NCBI RefSeq assembly: GCF_001194135.2
Contig: NC_068989.1
Coordinates: 67,321,408-67,385,407 of the forward strand
DNA from: Octopus bimaculoides
Lineage: Eukaryota
Length of the DNA stretch: 64,000 nt
Direction of reading: 5' to 3'
The position numbers and the translations under genes are program-made. This document shows, piece after piece, positions 12,925 to 26,367 of this stretch. A model generated the notes under the pieces. The model did no database searches, had not been told where the DNA came from, and worked only from the letters and a program-made list of their open reading frames with translations. How positions within the stretch are numbered: position 1 is the first letter of the stretch; every line of letters begins with the position of its first letter.

Positions 12925-13330
12925 TTTGGCCTCTAAGTGGTTAAGCATTTTGCCCAACCCATGGTTTTGAGTTTAGTCCTATGTACAGCACCTTGGACAA
13001 GGGTCTTCTACTATAGCCCTAGGCCAAAGTCTTGTGAGTGGATTTGGTAGAAGGAAGCTGAAAAATGCATATTGAATACGTGTGTGTGTTTTTGTCATGA
13101 CATCATATGGTAGTTATAAATGAATGTAACTGTTATACATGTAGTATAATTTATTTCTACTATTATGTGAAAACATGACTGGCTATGGGGAAATATTATT
13201 ACATTGCTTGGAAACAGCTGAGGTTTGGCAACAGGTAGGGCTTCCTATCATAGGAAATCTGCCTCAACAAAGTCTGCCAACCCATGCAAGCATGGAAAAG
13301 TGGGTGTTAAAATGAAGGTCATGATGATGG
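12925..13330 (+). mobile_element. SINE S1 head with ATG-tail body
   Basis: gtggttaagcattttgcccaacc...ggatttggtagaaggaagctgaaa...gcaagcatggaaaagtgggtgttaaaatga. Confidence 0.7.
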
Positions 13331-15352
13331 GTTTTGCCATGGGTGTCGTCTCTTGGCTCTTTCTATTTGATTTCTGTTTTGAAAATTTGAAAATTTGTTC
13401 TACGAATCAAAAAGGAAAAAAAATACTAAAAATTCAGTGTTTCATGCAAAACTGAACTCTTTTTTTTTTATTATAAAATTCTCATTTGCTGTTCATCCAC
13501 ATATTACTTATATTAAAAAAAAAAAAGCAACAAAAATGAAAACAAAATGGAAATATAGTCTCATGATTATAAAATCTATTTAAAACATCTAAATTGTTAC
13601 TAATTGTAACAAGTTGATAATTAGTTTCTTTACATCAATACCTGTTAAGTCAGGTATTTAAGTTTATGAACGTTTGAAATAATCTAGTGATCAAGAAATA
13701 ATAATCTAATCAACCACAGAGGTTTTCAAACAGTTCTTTATTTTTGTAGACATCCAACATTTGTTTATATCTTGTTCTATCACTATGTGAAATTACATAA
13801 TAAAATTGTGTACTGGTTATAGATTGTTTCCTTTATAGCTTATTTCTTCAAATAAGAAATTTTTCTATTGTTATATTTTTGTGATATTTGCTTTCTTCTC
13901 TTCCTCCCTTGTATTTCTTTCATTGTGTGTGTGACATCTTAATTCTGTGAAATTGTTAAAATTTAGTCATCTTTTTATTACAAACTTCATTTAGAGTTCA
14001 TTAAGATTTGACAATTATAGAAACCATACAATAACTATTAAAACAATCTCTTCTCACTGAAACAGTAATTGCTAATAGCTTAAAAGAATAAAAGAAAACT
14101 ACTAAAAGAAAAATTCCATTCTCAGACAAAAATTTCATCCCAAGAACTTGCTCCCCCTTACCACCACCAAGAAAAGGGAGCTTTTATTGTAACCTAAAAG
14201 TACTGCTGTCAGCATGCTGTACCAATTCAAATGCAGTATAATTTCTTTAGAATGTACCATACACACAGAAAGCTATTGTGCTTTTTTTTTCTTTCCCTCT
14301 GTGAAACTTAGTTATTATTGTTTTTCTGTATGCTCTTATGTATCAGCTGCTGCCAACTGCTAGCATCCGGAAATTTCTCAAACTACACTTCCCACCCCCT
14401 GCCAATAGTGTAATGTTTATTTGAAATTCCTATTGTCTTCAGCTGCTATCTATGCAAAATTAGAAAATGAATTTAGCAAAATAATTTATTTGCAGGCTTG
14501 AGCAAAGCACACTAGTGTACTTAAGGCATCCTTTACAGTAACTTGGCTTTTACTGTTGTCGTAAACAACCTGGGCAAACTTTCAAGTTGAATATAATATA
14601 TCCACTTGTAAGTTTTTATCTGAAGTTAATTAAGGAGTAATGTTAAGTGATTTAGGATTTAAATATAGTGTCTATTCTCATTGTCTTTTCAATTAGCTAC
14701 ATTTGAAATACTATTTCTTTTTGTACTTCTGACCTCTAAAGTAGCAGTTTGGGTTTCTACAAGATGGTGACTTTCTATATATGCCTGTGCGTTTGTGTTC
14801 TACTTACCTGATTATAGGTGATGCTCACATTTCACAATTAAAAAAAGTTATAGTCTCAAAGTATCAAGCTGTAAAAGAAATATGTATTATAACAATTCAT
14901 TAGCTAACATCCAAATTAATTGAGACATTCATCTCATCCGTTCTTGGCTGAATACTGTCACAGGCTCAAAGTTTAAAAGCAAGGTAGACATTTTTGTTAT
15001 TACTCTGCATTTCAAAATGAAACGAAACAAATGAGAACATGGCTGAATATGTCTGGGAAAAGTTTTTACACAGACCGACTTTCTTGTGGATTATTGTCAT
15101 CATCATATAATATCCGTTTTCCATGCTGGCATCATGACCAAATTATCATACTACATAATTTCAATTAGATATGTGTCTGACAGACCTCAATTGGATTCCA
15201 TAGTCCTTTCTTTCTTCACAGGTTTTGAATATAAATTGTGATGGACTGATTAACAGTATTTACAATCGGAATGATTCATAAGTCAACGATAGTAGTTCCC
15301 TATTGGGTTAAGTGCATTATATAAAGAAATGACATGCCAGATATTTATAAAT

Positions 15353-15560
15353 ATAGGCATGGCTCTGTGGTTAAGAAACTTGTTTGCCAGCCATGTGGTT
15401 CCAGGTTCAGTTCCACTGTGTAATATCTTGGACAAGTGTTTTTTACTATAGCTATGGGCCAACTAAAGCCTTGTGAGTGGATTTGGTAGATGGAAACTAA
15501 ATGAAGCCTGTTGTATTTATATATGTGTATGTGCCCTAGCCTTGACATCACGTGATACAT
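15353..15560 (+). mobile_element. SINE S1 copy (partial)
   Basis: ataggcatggctctgtggttaagaaacttg...ggttcagttccactg...ggatttggtagatggaaacta. Confidence 0.75.
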
Positions 15561-15766
15561 TATTGTATTAGTGATTTAATACTTTGTGTTCTACCAATAA
15601 TATTTAACACATGATTCTCTTTCTTTTCTTTTTTATATTTCAACTACAGTTTTTTTTTTTTTCAAATTTGGCGATATTCAAAATCTGAATTGTAAACTGT
15701 TATCAAATAGCTTAGCTATACTGACTAGCATTTTACAACTGAGCTGTTATTCAGATTATTATTATT

Positions 15767-15971
15767 AAGGCAACGAGCTGGCAGAATCGTTAGCATGTCT
15801 GTCAAAATGCTGCAAACCATTTTGTCCGGCTTTATGTTGTGTTCAAATTCTGCTGAGGTCAACTTCGCCTTTTGTCTTTTTGAGGTCAAAAAAATAAGTA
15901 CCAGTTGAGCACCAGGATCAATGTAATTGACTATTCACCTCCCTCAAAATTTCATGGCCATGTGCCATTAT
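15767..15971 (+). mobile_element. tRNA-derived CORE-like SINE (family S2)
   Basis: aaggcaacgagctggcagaatcgttagc...gttcaaattctgctgaggtcaacttcgcc...gaggtcaaaaaaataagtaccag. Confidence 0.7.
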
Positions 15972-16565
15972 TAAGTACAGGAGATGTGGCTGAATGGATT
16001 TGGTAATAAGCCACCACTTTATAGGTTTTGGGTTCAAACCAGCTTCCATCATTTTGTGTAACGAGACAGTACACTTAATTCTGGGTACTTAGCTGCTGTG
16101 AAGTAGAACTGGATTACCTGGATATGTTATATTTGAGACTGGCATCTTGTCCAGAAATGAATTATTCCTTGTAGTTTACATTTGCTTGGATTAAGCATGT
16201 TCTTATTTATTTGAGGGACAGACAACATTCTATATCAGCATCTCTGCTGGGCAAAAAATTTTATTAAGCAATTTGTGTACTTATATTTGAGGATTTGGAT
16301 CATGGGTACATCATCATCATTTAATATCCTTGTTCCATGTTGACATGAATTGGACGGTTTGACAGAATCTTGTGGGGAAGGGGAGGGGGGGGGCAAGGAC
16401 TGCATTGTGCTCCACTGTCTATTTTGGTAGGGTTGAGGGGTGGATATAGTGTATGGTGGGTGAGGTTGGTTGGAGGAGGATACATGTGTGTTGGGCATAG
16501 TAGCAGAATAATAATGATGATAACAATAGACAGAAGGATGAGAGAGAAGGTGAGAGTGAGTGAGT

Positions 16566-16569
<4 letters not shown>

Positions 16570-16653
<84 letters not shown>
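16570..16653. repeat. (GA)n microsatellite
   Basis: About 42 GA units; explains the SLSLSL ORFs. Confidence 0.95.
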
Positions 16654-16655
<2 letters not shown>

Positions 16656-17357
16656 TGACAAGTAGTTGGGTAGGTTGCAAGAGTGTTGGGGAAGGAGACA
16701 GAAGTATGCATTGTGCATGGAGAGAGTGAGAGATGTGGTGGTGGAGAAGGTGAGATAAGTTGATGTCTTGGAGGTGGAGAACAGTGTAAAGTGTGGATGG
16801 CGAGGACAGTATTAATCCATACCACAAATGCCTATAAACACCTCTTATCTATAGCTGTGAAATCCCAGTGGTACATATATGCTCACAGACATAAAATCCC
16901 AGAGATGCTTAAATGCATCTTTTAATGGTCCATATGGGATTCCATAGCTGTAAATAAGAGACACTTATTTGTGCCTCTGGTATGGATAGTGTTAAGGATG
17001 GGGGATGTATATCGAGTGAAATGATTCCTGGTAGTGTGAAAGATTAGTGGTATCAAGGGAAAGTTGGAGTTAGTGGTGGGTGGTGTCTTGAGGAAATTGG
17101 ACAACGGTCCTGGTTGAGCATGTCTTTTCCTAATATTGATTAATATGGAATGAAATCAAGTAATTTAATTTCTTAGTACCCAGCATCTTAGATGCATGTC
17201 TTGCATAGATATTGTATTGAATAGGTTTAAAATTGCTTTTTAGATTAAAACTGGAAATAAGGTTGACCCAGCTAGCATAACATTATAATAAATAATTATT
17301 ATGAATGCTGTTAATTTATAGGGAAAAATGACTGCTAAATAAGGAATATAAATAGAG

Positions 17358-17975
17358 TGTATGGTTAAGAAGTTTGCTTCCCAACCACTTGGTTTTGAGT
17401 TCAGTGTTACTACAGGCCAACAAAAGGCCCTGTGAATGGACTTGATTGACAGAAGCTAGTGAACTGTGTAGTATATTGGGCAAGTGTCTTCTGCTATAGA
17501 GCCTCAGGCTCTAAAGAAACATGTTGTAATATATATGTTTCTGTTTGTCTCTCACCCCTGCTTGACAATTGGTGTTGGTTTGTTTATGCCCCTTTAAATT
17601 AGTGGTTCAGCAAAAGTGTTTAATAGGATTAGTGCCAGACTTTAAAAATAAGTCCTGGATTCATTTTATTGAACTAAAAGCTTTCAAAGCAGTACCTTGG
17701 CATGGTCACAGTCTGACAATGGAAATTAGTAAAGAATAAAGGATATGTATGTGTGAATGTGTTTGTGTCTCCTTGTCTTGACTTCATATGATTGTTGTTA
17801 ATGAATGTCGTTCATTTCCAATATTCTGCAAAAACTTGTCTGGCCATGGGGGAAACACTACCTTGCTTGGGAACAGGTGAGGTTGGTGACAGAAAGGGCA
17901 TCCTGCCATAGAAAATCTGCTTCAACAAATTTCATTTAACCAATGCAAGCATGTAGACATTAAAGCAATAATGAT
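17358..17975 (+). mobile_element. SINE S1 composite carrying both body types
   Basis: Head; body 1 (cttgacaattggtgttgg...catggtcacagtc); body 2 (ccttgtcttgac...gcaagcatg...aatgatgatg). Confidence 0.7.
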
Positions 17976-19859
17976 GATGTTATTAAAGTAAATTAATAAA
18001 ATCATAGATTGCAAAAAGTGGAACCTCTGGACATCTAGTCCATTATTCTTAGTTTTGCCAGTCTACTGCACAGGATTGTTATTTTCTCATTGACCCTGAA
18101 AAAATGAAAGGCAAAGATGATCTTGGTGGGATTTGAACTCAGAGTGTATCGTATTGGAACAGATACTGCAAAGCTTTCTATCAGATACCATTTCCAGGAT
18201 ACATATTTAGTCAATGTGAAGTTAAAAGTATTATGTTTAAATTTAGATATCAAGCTATTCTAGTCTATTTATAGTGGAGGTTATTTAGTTAAATTGTAGT
18301 ATTGATTCATAATCTATCATCATTTAAATATAATGTGATCCTAAAAGCCAATGATTGAAGTTCAATGATGGAAGTTGCGCATAAGTTATAGTAGGTAATA
18401 CTTGGATGAAGAAAGCCAAGTTTTTTTTTATATATAATACTAGCAAAGATCTGCAGTGGCTACAGCTACAATTTAAAATGTCTTAGTGAAAACAAAAAAA
18501 AGGAATATGTGCAGTACAATGCAGTGCAGCATGGTAGTAAAAGTAGAAAGCCTATAAATTATGTGGAGCAATTACATAGTTTCTTCATCCTCTAGATTGT
18601 AAATGTCGATTTTCACCAACTTGTTGAGTTTAGACGTTTTAATTTCCACTTCAGACTGTAATGAATTCTTGCTAAAAGAATGAATGACTAATTCTTTTTA
18701 TTTTTAATTAGCCTGTTGATTTTTATCTCCAATGTAATTGCGATATTTAAACTGGTGACATGTCCCTTCCTCCTTCAACCAAAACGATCCTTCTTTTATA
18801 CATTTCTACAATTGCACATTGTAAAAGAATATTTTGAATTCTTTTCTCTATCCACTTGTGGACTTATATTACATTAATATCTCTAACAGCAGAATGAGGG
18901 AGACAGACTAAACTAAACTAGACTGTTTCCCTAGTTAAACATAATGAGTTACCAATTGGTAGTAATTTATCATTGTTTCGTAAATTTATTTGTTTTTAAA
19001 ATTTCAGATTATATTTTATTTGCAAGAAATTATTTCATGTTCTATTTATTGATTGATAGTAATTCTGATGTGCTTTAGACAAATTAACTGACTTCTGTTT
19101 TATTTTATATTATATAATAAGGATTTTTGTCCTTTATCTTTGGCCAGAGTTGATGGCATGTTATGTTCTGAAGGATTTTACCCTACGTTTTTTTTTTTTC
19201 CTTTTTGGCATATCTTTTTTGAAAGATTTTTGTATATCAGTCAGTTTAGATTTATCAGCTGACTTAAATCTAGGATTTTTGCCATTTCTTAGATAAGTGA
19301 AGAGATTGCCAGCAAATAGTTTTCATTATTCATTCCTGTATATTATATAAATGTGCAAAACTTACCCTCCCAGGTCAGCAAATAAAGTACATGTAAAAAT
19401 GTCACACACACAAACACATACATTTATTCACTCACTCAGCCATCTACTTCTTGCACTCCCCCACTTTTGCTCCTTCTATCTTCTTCTCTTATATAGGACC
19501 ATTTTCCTGGCATGCTTTGAATCTGAGACTGTACTGTGAAATTGTGGAGTTATGCTCATCCTCATTGAATGGCCAGTCCTAAAACATTAAAAAGAAATAA
19601 TAAAAGAAGGAAACATTTATAGATTAGTAAACATTTTTCTAGTATTTTTAGAGCTTATGTAACTTGTAAGATTTTTACAAATCTCTCAACTGTTATCTCT
19701 ATCATTCTTTTCAGTCCACTTTATACTATATTACAACTTCATTCACACTCCTTCTTGCCTCTCAGTGGAATAGCGGTAGTGAAAACTTACAGCTGTTCTA
19801 GTTCAAAATCTTTCTTTTTCCATTCCTCTGAGTTCATTTATTAACTCTTCTATGCTGAA

Positions 19860-20710
19860 TTCATCCAACAATTGTCAGTTTGACCATATCTCATTCTTGT
19901 ATTGAAGACTTTTATTTCATATTTCACTAACCTCTCTTTGTAGTTACTGTCTTTGGTGATTTTAATGCATACCACTCCTCTTGGCTGTTGCACTCCTCCC
20001 ATAGCAGGGCAACAGTTCAGAGACCTAATAACCTGGTCTCTGAACTGTTCTGACTTCCACATGAGTTATTTGCTGTTATTTCCACATGAGTTATTTACTG
20101 TTCTGACTTCCACATGAGTTATTTTACTCATATTTCTGACTGGCACATTGCTTTTCCAAAAGCACTTATGACTTCTTACTCTCTCTCAAATCAAACTTTA
20201 ATGATCCACTCTTCATTTCTTTTTAAATTTTCATGCCCAAGTGCTCATGTGATATTGATTACCTCACACCACATCTACACTGACTCCATGAACAGGGACC
20301 TCAAAAATATTCATCTCGTGGGTGGAGGGCCATACCAGCTTTGTCCCCTTCAACAGCACTCAGATACAATCATTACATATTGCAGCCTTCTCCTAAACAC
20401 AAACATCAAACTAGAACTCTCAAGGTCACTTACAACAAATGCATGTTTGACCTTGCGATTATTGAAGGTTTTTCCTAATGAATGCACATTTTCAACGGAG
20501 CAAAGACTGGCCAGATCAATAAGTTTCTAACACCAACTAATCTTCTGCAAAGCTCAGGTAATACCGAAAATGTAGTAAATACACAACTGGGATGGTGCTG
20601 CTCCTGCTCTCACACGCATATCTTTGACCACCACATCCAAAAAAAGGTTGTGTGACCGATTGGTATGGAGTTACTCACTCACACATTCCAGTCTCCTACT
20701 TATAGATGTT
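19860..20710 (+). mobile_element. Decayed, internally deleted CR1-group LINE
   Basis: APE endonuclease motif VTVFGDFNAYHSSW near 19942-19985, then RT C-terminal-like remnants (MNRDLKNIH; AQVIPKM..HNWDGAA..IQKKVV.PIG). Confidence 0.55.
20045..20130 (+). repeat. Short tandem repeat, about 3 units
   Basis: ttccacatgagttattt occurs three times. Confidence 0.8.
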
Positions 20711-20919
20711 CCTTCTTTTCTGTTTGCCTTATCTATGGCTACTACAGGAGCTTCTTGTCCTTAGAGCTGGCTGGTCTTGTGCCACTTATATTTAGGTACT
20801 GTTGACTCATTTGTTTCTTACCCTCTCTTTTTCTTCACCCATATTGTGTCCATGTCTCCAGACCCTGCACCGACCTCAACACTTTTTCCTCAAGATTGGC
20901 CCTCTGGTATTTCCTGCAG

Positions 20920-21920
20920 TTGTTCAGCTTCTCAATTTCTCTTCTATAGATGATATCTTTTTGAAGAGAGGTCTGCAAAGTCATTCATTGATGCCTCTGG
21001 CTATATCTGATGTGGTCTTTCAGATGATCCAGTTGATAACTAGGAAGATAGAACCCTATAACAAACTTGATCTTAATGCTGGCGTGTAGTAAAAGAAGGT
21101 ATGGATAAGGTCAGTGGGTGTCTAAAGAAATTCGATTATATCTTCTGGCCCATCAAAGTGTAAATGAAGAATTTAGTAAAATAACTTGGTCATTATTAAG
21201 CTTGTGTTTGAAACATAAATTAACATAAAAGTTTGATAGAAAGATTTAGCTTAGATCACTTTAAAACCAGAAGTTTTTACCATAAAAGGAACGGTCCCAG
21301 TCTTGGTAAACTGGTATCAAAAGGGTTAAAAGGAAGTTTAACCAAATAAGTAAAAAAGCAAAAAACAACCAAAAACAAACAAATCCACTATTTTTTCTAT
21401 TACGTTTGTCTAGCCACTCCTGAATCAAGTGAAATACCTCACATCTTCCTACTACACAACAATCCTTATTCTCAAATCCTTTGGTATTTCAAGTCAGCTA
21501 ACTGGTTGGAGCAGGTAATAGTTCTGTACTGACAGTGTATGTATGTAAAGTCTTCCATCTATATTCTACTGGCTCACTTGTGATAGTGATACATGTGGGT
21601 TGTTGTAATTTAAGCATATGACTTGTGTTTTTGATCTATTGATGTTAAAACTTGTCTGCTTTGCATCATTGTTCAGCTTTGCAGTTTCTCTTCTGTAGAT
21701 GATCTCTTTTTGAGGAGAGATCTACCAAGTCATTCACTGGATGCCTCTGGCCATATCTGATGTGATCTTCCAGATGGTCCAGTTGACAACTACGAAAATA
21801 CAATCCTGTAACAAACTTGATCTTAATGCTGGTGAGTGATAAAAGGAGGCATGGATAAGGTCAGTGGGTGTCCAAAGAAACTTGATTAAATCTTCTGGCC
21901 CAACAAAATCTGAAATGAGG
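20920..21920 (+). repeat. Diverged direct duplication (about 20920-21168 and 21669-21920)
   Basis: Shared blocks such as aacaaacttgatcttaatgctgg and atggataaggtcagtgggtgtc; roughly 80% identical by eye. Confidence 0.8.
21161..21329 (+). mobile_element. MITE family A, 5'-truncated copy
   Basis: aatgaagaatttagtaaaataac...gaaacataaattaacat...ggtatcaaaagggttaa. Confidence 0.65.
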
Positions 21921-22399
21921 TATTGTACTGGAAAACTGATTGCAGTAGCATGGTTCTTGAAATAAAATACTGTTGGGTTAGAATAATTTGGCTACATACT
22001 CAAAATGGACTGGAACAGGATACCAAAAGTAGCATTCAACCACTAAACACCTGGCATGGAAAAGTTAAAGACAAACTCAGAGAAATTTATCTTAACATGG
22101 GGCAGGGCATTGAGAGTTGCTAAGTAAGGACCAGTGTGAATGGTGTTGAATTGTCAAGATCTTATTTTCCAACTGGGACGAGGATCAGAAAAACTAAACA
22201 TTGCATTTTGTAAACATTCTATGTATGAATGAATTCTTATATGCTGATTAAATTGAGCATCCTCTCATTCATAATTTCTTTCGACAAATGGAGGAGACAA
22301 CTTAGGATTCTTTTGTCCTAAAGGAGACAAGGCAGTTTCTCTGATACTGGTGCCATGATAATATGCATCACTGCACTTTGCAGAGGGGTTGATAAATGA

Positions 22400-22810
22400 A
22401 TTACTGATAACATAAAGTTGAGAGAGTTTTTTATTCTTGCTGATGGTTTAACAACCTTTCATTATATGAGTATATTTAGAACTTTGCAAGAAGATATATG
22501 GCAATTGTTTTTGACAAAAGACAGTCAAAGTTTGCTGTACAGTTATCTAGATTATCTTGTCAACACTGATGTTTCAACAAGTCTAATACACTTTAGCCTC
22601 TGATACAAGATAGTGTTTCATTGGTCACTGTAAATTGGTTTGGTAAACCATTTGCCTTATGACTAACTGCAAAGCTTGTTACTCTTTTAAAAGCACATAG
22701 ATTTCTGCTTTTCCTAGTAGCAAACCATTTGAGTTTTATCCAGTCATTTAGCATTTCTACAACAGCATCATATTTTAGCTCATTAAGTTCTAATTCTTTT
22801 GGTGCAACTA
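22400..22810 (-). mobile_element. Possible decayed LTR-retrotransposon gag-like remnant
   Basis: Minus strand VAPKELELNELKYDAVVEML...YNERLL resembles Gypsy gag by eye only; weak. Confidence 0.22.
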
Positions 22811-24414
22811 TTTAAAAAAATATATGTCATTAGCATGACATACTTGTTCTCATTTAGCTTTACTTCCGCAATTCATATCCTAAATGTAATTAATTTTGCA
22901 TTATCATCATTCTTATGGTTTTTTTTAATACATACTGTCAAAATGCAAAATTATTATGTTAAATTTTGACATAGCTGGATATATGTTTTCATATAGGGTT
23001 ATATTCCCTACTTATAAACAATTTTATACAGATCATAGCAGGTGAAAAATGAAAGGGCATTTAAGTATTTCAGCACAGTTAGATACTATAATTTTTATAT
23101 TTTACATTCTTGCTCATTGTACCATCTTGAACTATAGATGAACCATGACAATAAACTCCACTTGAAGGACATTTATCTTGTAATTATAAGTATCCTTGAA
23201 ACCTTAGATGTAGAGCATCCTTTTTGGAGCCTTACTCAGAGATTTTGTTCTTTTGCTAGATTTTTGGCTGAAATGTTGATATATATTTGATTGTGTGTCT
23301 GTGTGGCAGACTAAAAAAAAGATTCTGTTTCAGTGTGAACAAAATCACAGTAATACATTCCAAACAATTGATCACTTTAAATACAATCATACATTCATGG
23401 CTGGTGGAGGAACTGTTGATCTTGCATACCTAACTTTTTCACTTGATCACATTGTCAAGCTTTTGGAAGGTAACTCCTATTAAGTAGTAGAATTAAGTCT
23501 TGTGTGTCTGTGTGTGTGTGTAAGTAAAGATAGATTTAAATGGGTTATTAGGCTATGATTATGACAACTGTTTAATGAGGGGGTGGCATCAGATAAGTCA
23601 TATTCAGTAGCTTCTATCATCACTCTTCTATTGCTAGCCATTTCTCTCTCTCTTTTTCTCTCTCTCATCCTTTATTAATATCCAATCACTCTTTTACCAT
23701 TGCCCATCTCTATTTGCTGTCCATTATTTACTGTTTTTATCACCACCCATCTGACAGCTGGCAATGAGCACTCAGCTGAATTGGCCTGCTGAACACTGAC
23801 TGATCATGTGGATGGGGCTTTGGTAAATGTAAAATATTATTTTCCTGGAATTACATTTTCCAAACCAATTACAATTTCCAAATTACATTTTCCACAATGC
23901 AATGTCTGTCATGCTGCAAAATGCAGTAATTATGTAGGAAGGAGAGCAAGGAGATAGCTGGTTGTTGTGAGGCACAGTATCAGAGATGACTTTGGGGGCA
24001 ACTTACATGAAATTTTCAGGCATAAAAGAGGACATAGCTAGCTTGTTGAGGAAGTTTAGTTTCAAATATCTTGTTAAAATTTCTTTCATTTTTTTGCAAA
24101 TTGGAGCTTGTATTCAAACCAAATTCAGTCTTGTGTAAGGATTTTGAGGATTAAAAATCTGGAATTTTCCATGTTTTGTGTGTAATTATTCAACATCAAC
24201 ATTTGCAAGTCAAAAGATTATTTTGTGTATAAATATTGCTATAATAAGCATTTTGATGTACAGAAATAAATTAGGTTGTGGAGTTACTTCATGTCCAATA
24301 CTGAAGAATCACTGCAATTACTCTAGTATAAAGTGTGCTACAAAATATGCTGTCATTTCTGACATAACTTAGACCACATGCATTTACTTCTATAATTCAC
24401 TGCAATTCTTTTCT

Positions 24415-24534
24415 CTTTGGTCGGCCCAAGGCTATAGTAGAAAACACTTGCCCAAGGTGCCACGCAGTGGGACTGAGCCCGGAACCATGTGGTTCATAAG
24501 CAAGCAACTTACCACACAGCCACTCCTATGCCTA
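24415..24534 (-). mobile_element. SINE S1 head, young fragment
   Basis: ggtcggcccaaggctatagtagaaaacacttgcccaaggtgccacgcagtgggactgagcccggaaccatgtgg...cacacagccactcctatgcc. Confidence 0.8.
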
Positions 24535-26169
24535 TACTGTTATCTTTTTTTTTTTTTTTGCCATATTTCTTTCAGTATTAGTGTTGACTAACCTGATTAA
24601 TTTTCATGTCAAAACTAGTTATATTTTAATCCTAAATAGATTTCAGAGAATTAAATTTGCGTCGATCAGATTATATTTTATTCTTTATTTTCCTTTATTT
24701 TATTTTTTTATGAATTTTCTTATGTTACCTTAATTCTTCTTGATGAGTTTTTTTTCTTTCTCCTGAACAATTCTAATTTTCATATTTAGATTTTATATTT
24801 GCTAGAGTAACACTTTGCCAATGAAACAATTTTGTTTAATATTCCTACTTCCTTATGTTCAATGGTGCAGATTTTGTTGTCACTAATTAGCCATTAGTGT
24901 GAGAACGAAATTTGCTTAGGGGCTGCAAACTCAGACCAACCCAGGATTTCAAAGCAGTTTCATTGCCTCCACAGAATTTTAGGGTGTGCATTTGAATCCG
25001 CAGCACTCTCTGTTCCCAAGCCTATGTAGTTGGTATCGAGTTTGATGTTAATCTTAGCATTATATATTCCTTGCAAGGCAGACCAAAACAGAGAAATGAG
25101 ATGAAGTGTATTTTATAAGAAATAGATCTATTCATTATTCTAAGATAGGATAATTAATGAGCAACTTGACATATCCTTTTAGTGTTCAAATTGGTTAAAA
25201 TAAAGATTTGTAACTTTATATGTTAGCAAGTTTATTGAAGTTTGTGTTTCTGGAAATGGACGAAATAGATGAAAATATTTTAATATGGATAATTGTTATC
25301 ATTTCACATCTGTTTTTCATGCAGGCATGGGTTGGGTGGTGCCACAGGATCCAAAAAGTTGGAGGACTATGTCTCACTTCAGTGTTTCAGCTTTGGCAGT
25401 TTCTATGGCTGGATGCCCTGCCTAATTTACTTTATAGAGTATATGGGGTACTTTTTTTTATGCAGCAACAACACTAACGAGGTCTTCATGTCACTTGCAA
25501 GACTAACAAGCCCACTAGACTAAATGAGAGTATATCTGAGAAGCAGGTGGCTTATGATAGAAAGGTCAAGAACAAGAATAGGTTGGTTATCGAAGAGATA
25601 CATCGCTACCCCTCATTTTATAACTGTGGGAGGGAGTAACTGGGGTGGAGCTGGAAAGAGAGATAAGGATAATGGTGATGAGATGTCAGAATGTACTCCC
25701 AAAGTATATTTAATTAAAATGTTTAATTAAAACGTGGTGAGTGCAATAAAACAAGATGAGGTATAGTTTTCTTATTCTTTTATGCAACTAATTTTCTTGA
25801 AAAACGCATCTTTCTTCATCTCCTCCCCACAAAATAGACCTTTATGCCAAATTGAAAGCTAATTAAAGAAGATTAAAAGGATTTGTAATTGAAGTTTTGT
25901 TAGTTCAAAATCATGACAATTAGACCAAATTTACTGTCATAAACAGCCTGAAAATCTATTTCTAAAGTTCAAATAAGTATTTGTGACTAGATAATATAAT
26001 TTAGTGTTCTTTTTATCAAAAGAAAATTACAAAAGTATGTTTATATATATATATTTTTTTAAGGATTTGGTTTCTTTAACAAAATTAATTTTTCTCTTTG
26101 AAAGAACAAAGTTCATTATTTGGAGTCTAACATTTTTGTTGCTGTGAATTCTGTTAGCTTATTTATGTT

Positions 26170-26367
26170 GAAAATATACTGTCTTTTCTCAATTAATCTT
26201 GAAAATAAGGAAGAATTTTTGTAAAATAACTCATTATGAAACTTATATTTGGAACATGAATTAACATGAAATTTTGATGGGAAATTTTAAGTTAGATCAC
26301 TTTAAACAGGAAGTTTGTATTATAGAACCAGGGGCTGTTTCAGACAGGCTGATATCAAAAGGGTTAA
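26170..26367 (+). mobile_element. MITE family A copy
   Basis: Same interior; ends gatatcaaaagggttaa. Confidence 0.65.

Noticed and set aside
15767-15860. tRNA-like A/B boxes here and at other SINE heads
   Set aside because: No complete cloverleaf, and each continues into a repeated SINE body, so these are not tRNA genes.
16235-16827. 196-aa and 168-aa minus-strand ORFs
   Set aside because: Translations of the (GA)n microsatellite and purine-rich SINE flank (SLSLSL); no protein family resemblance.
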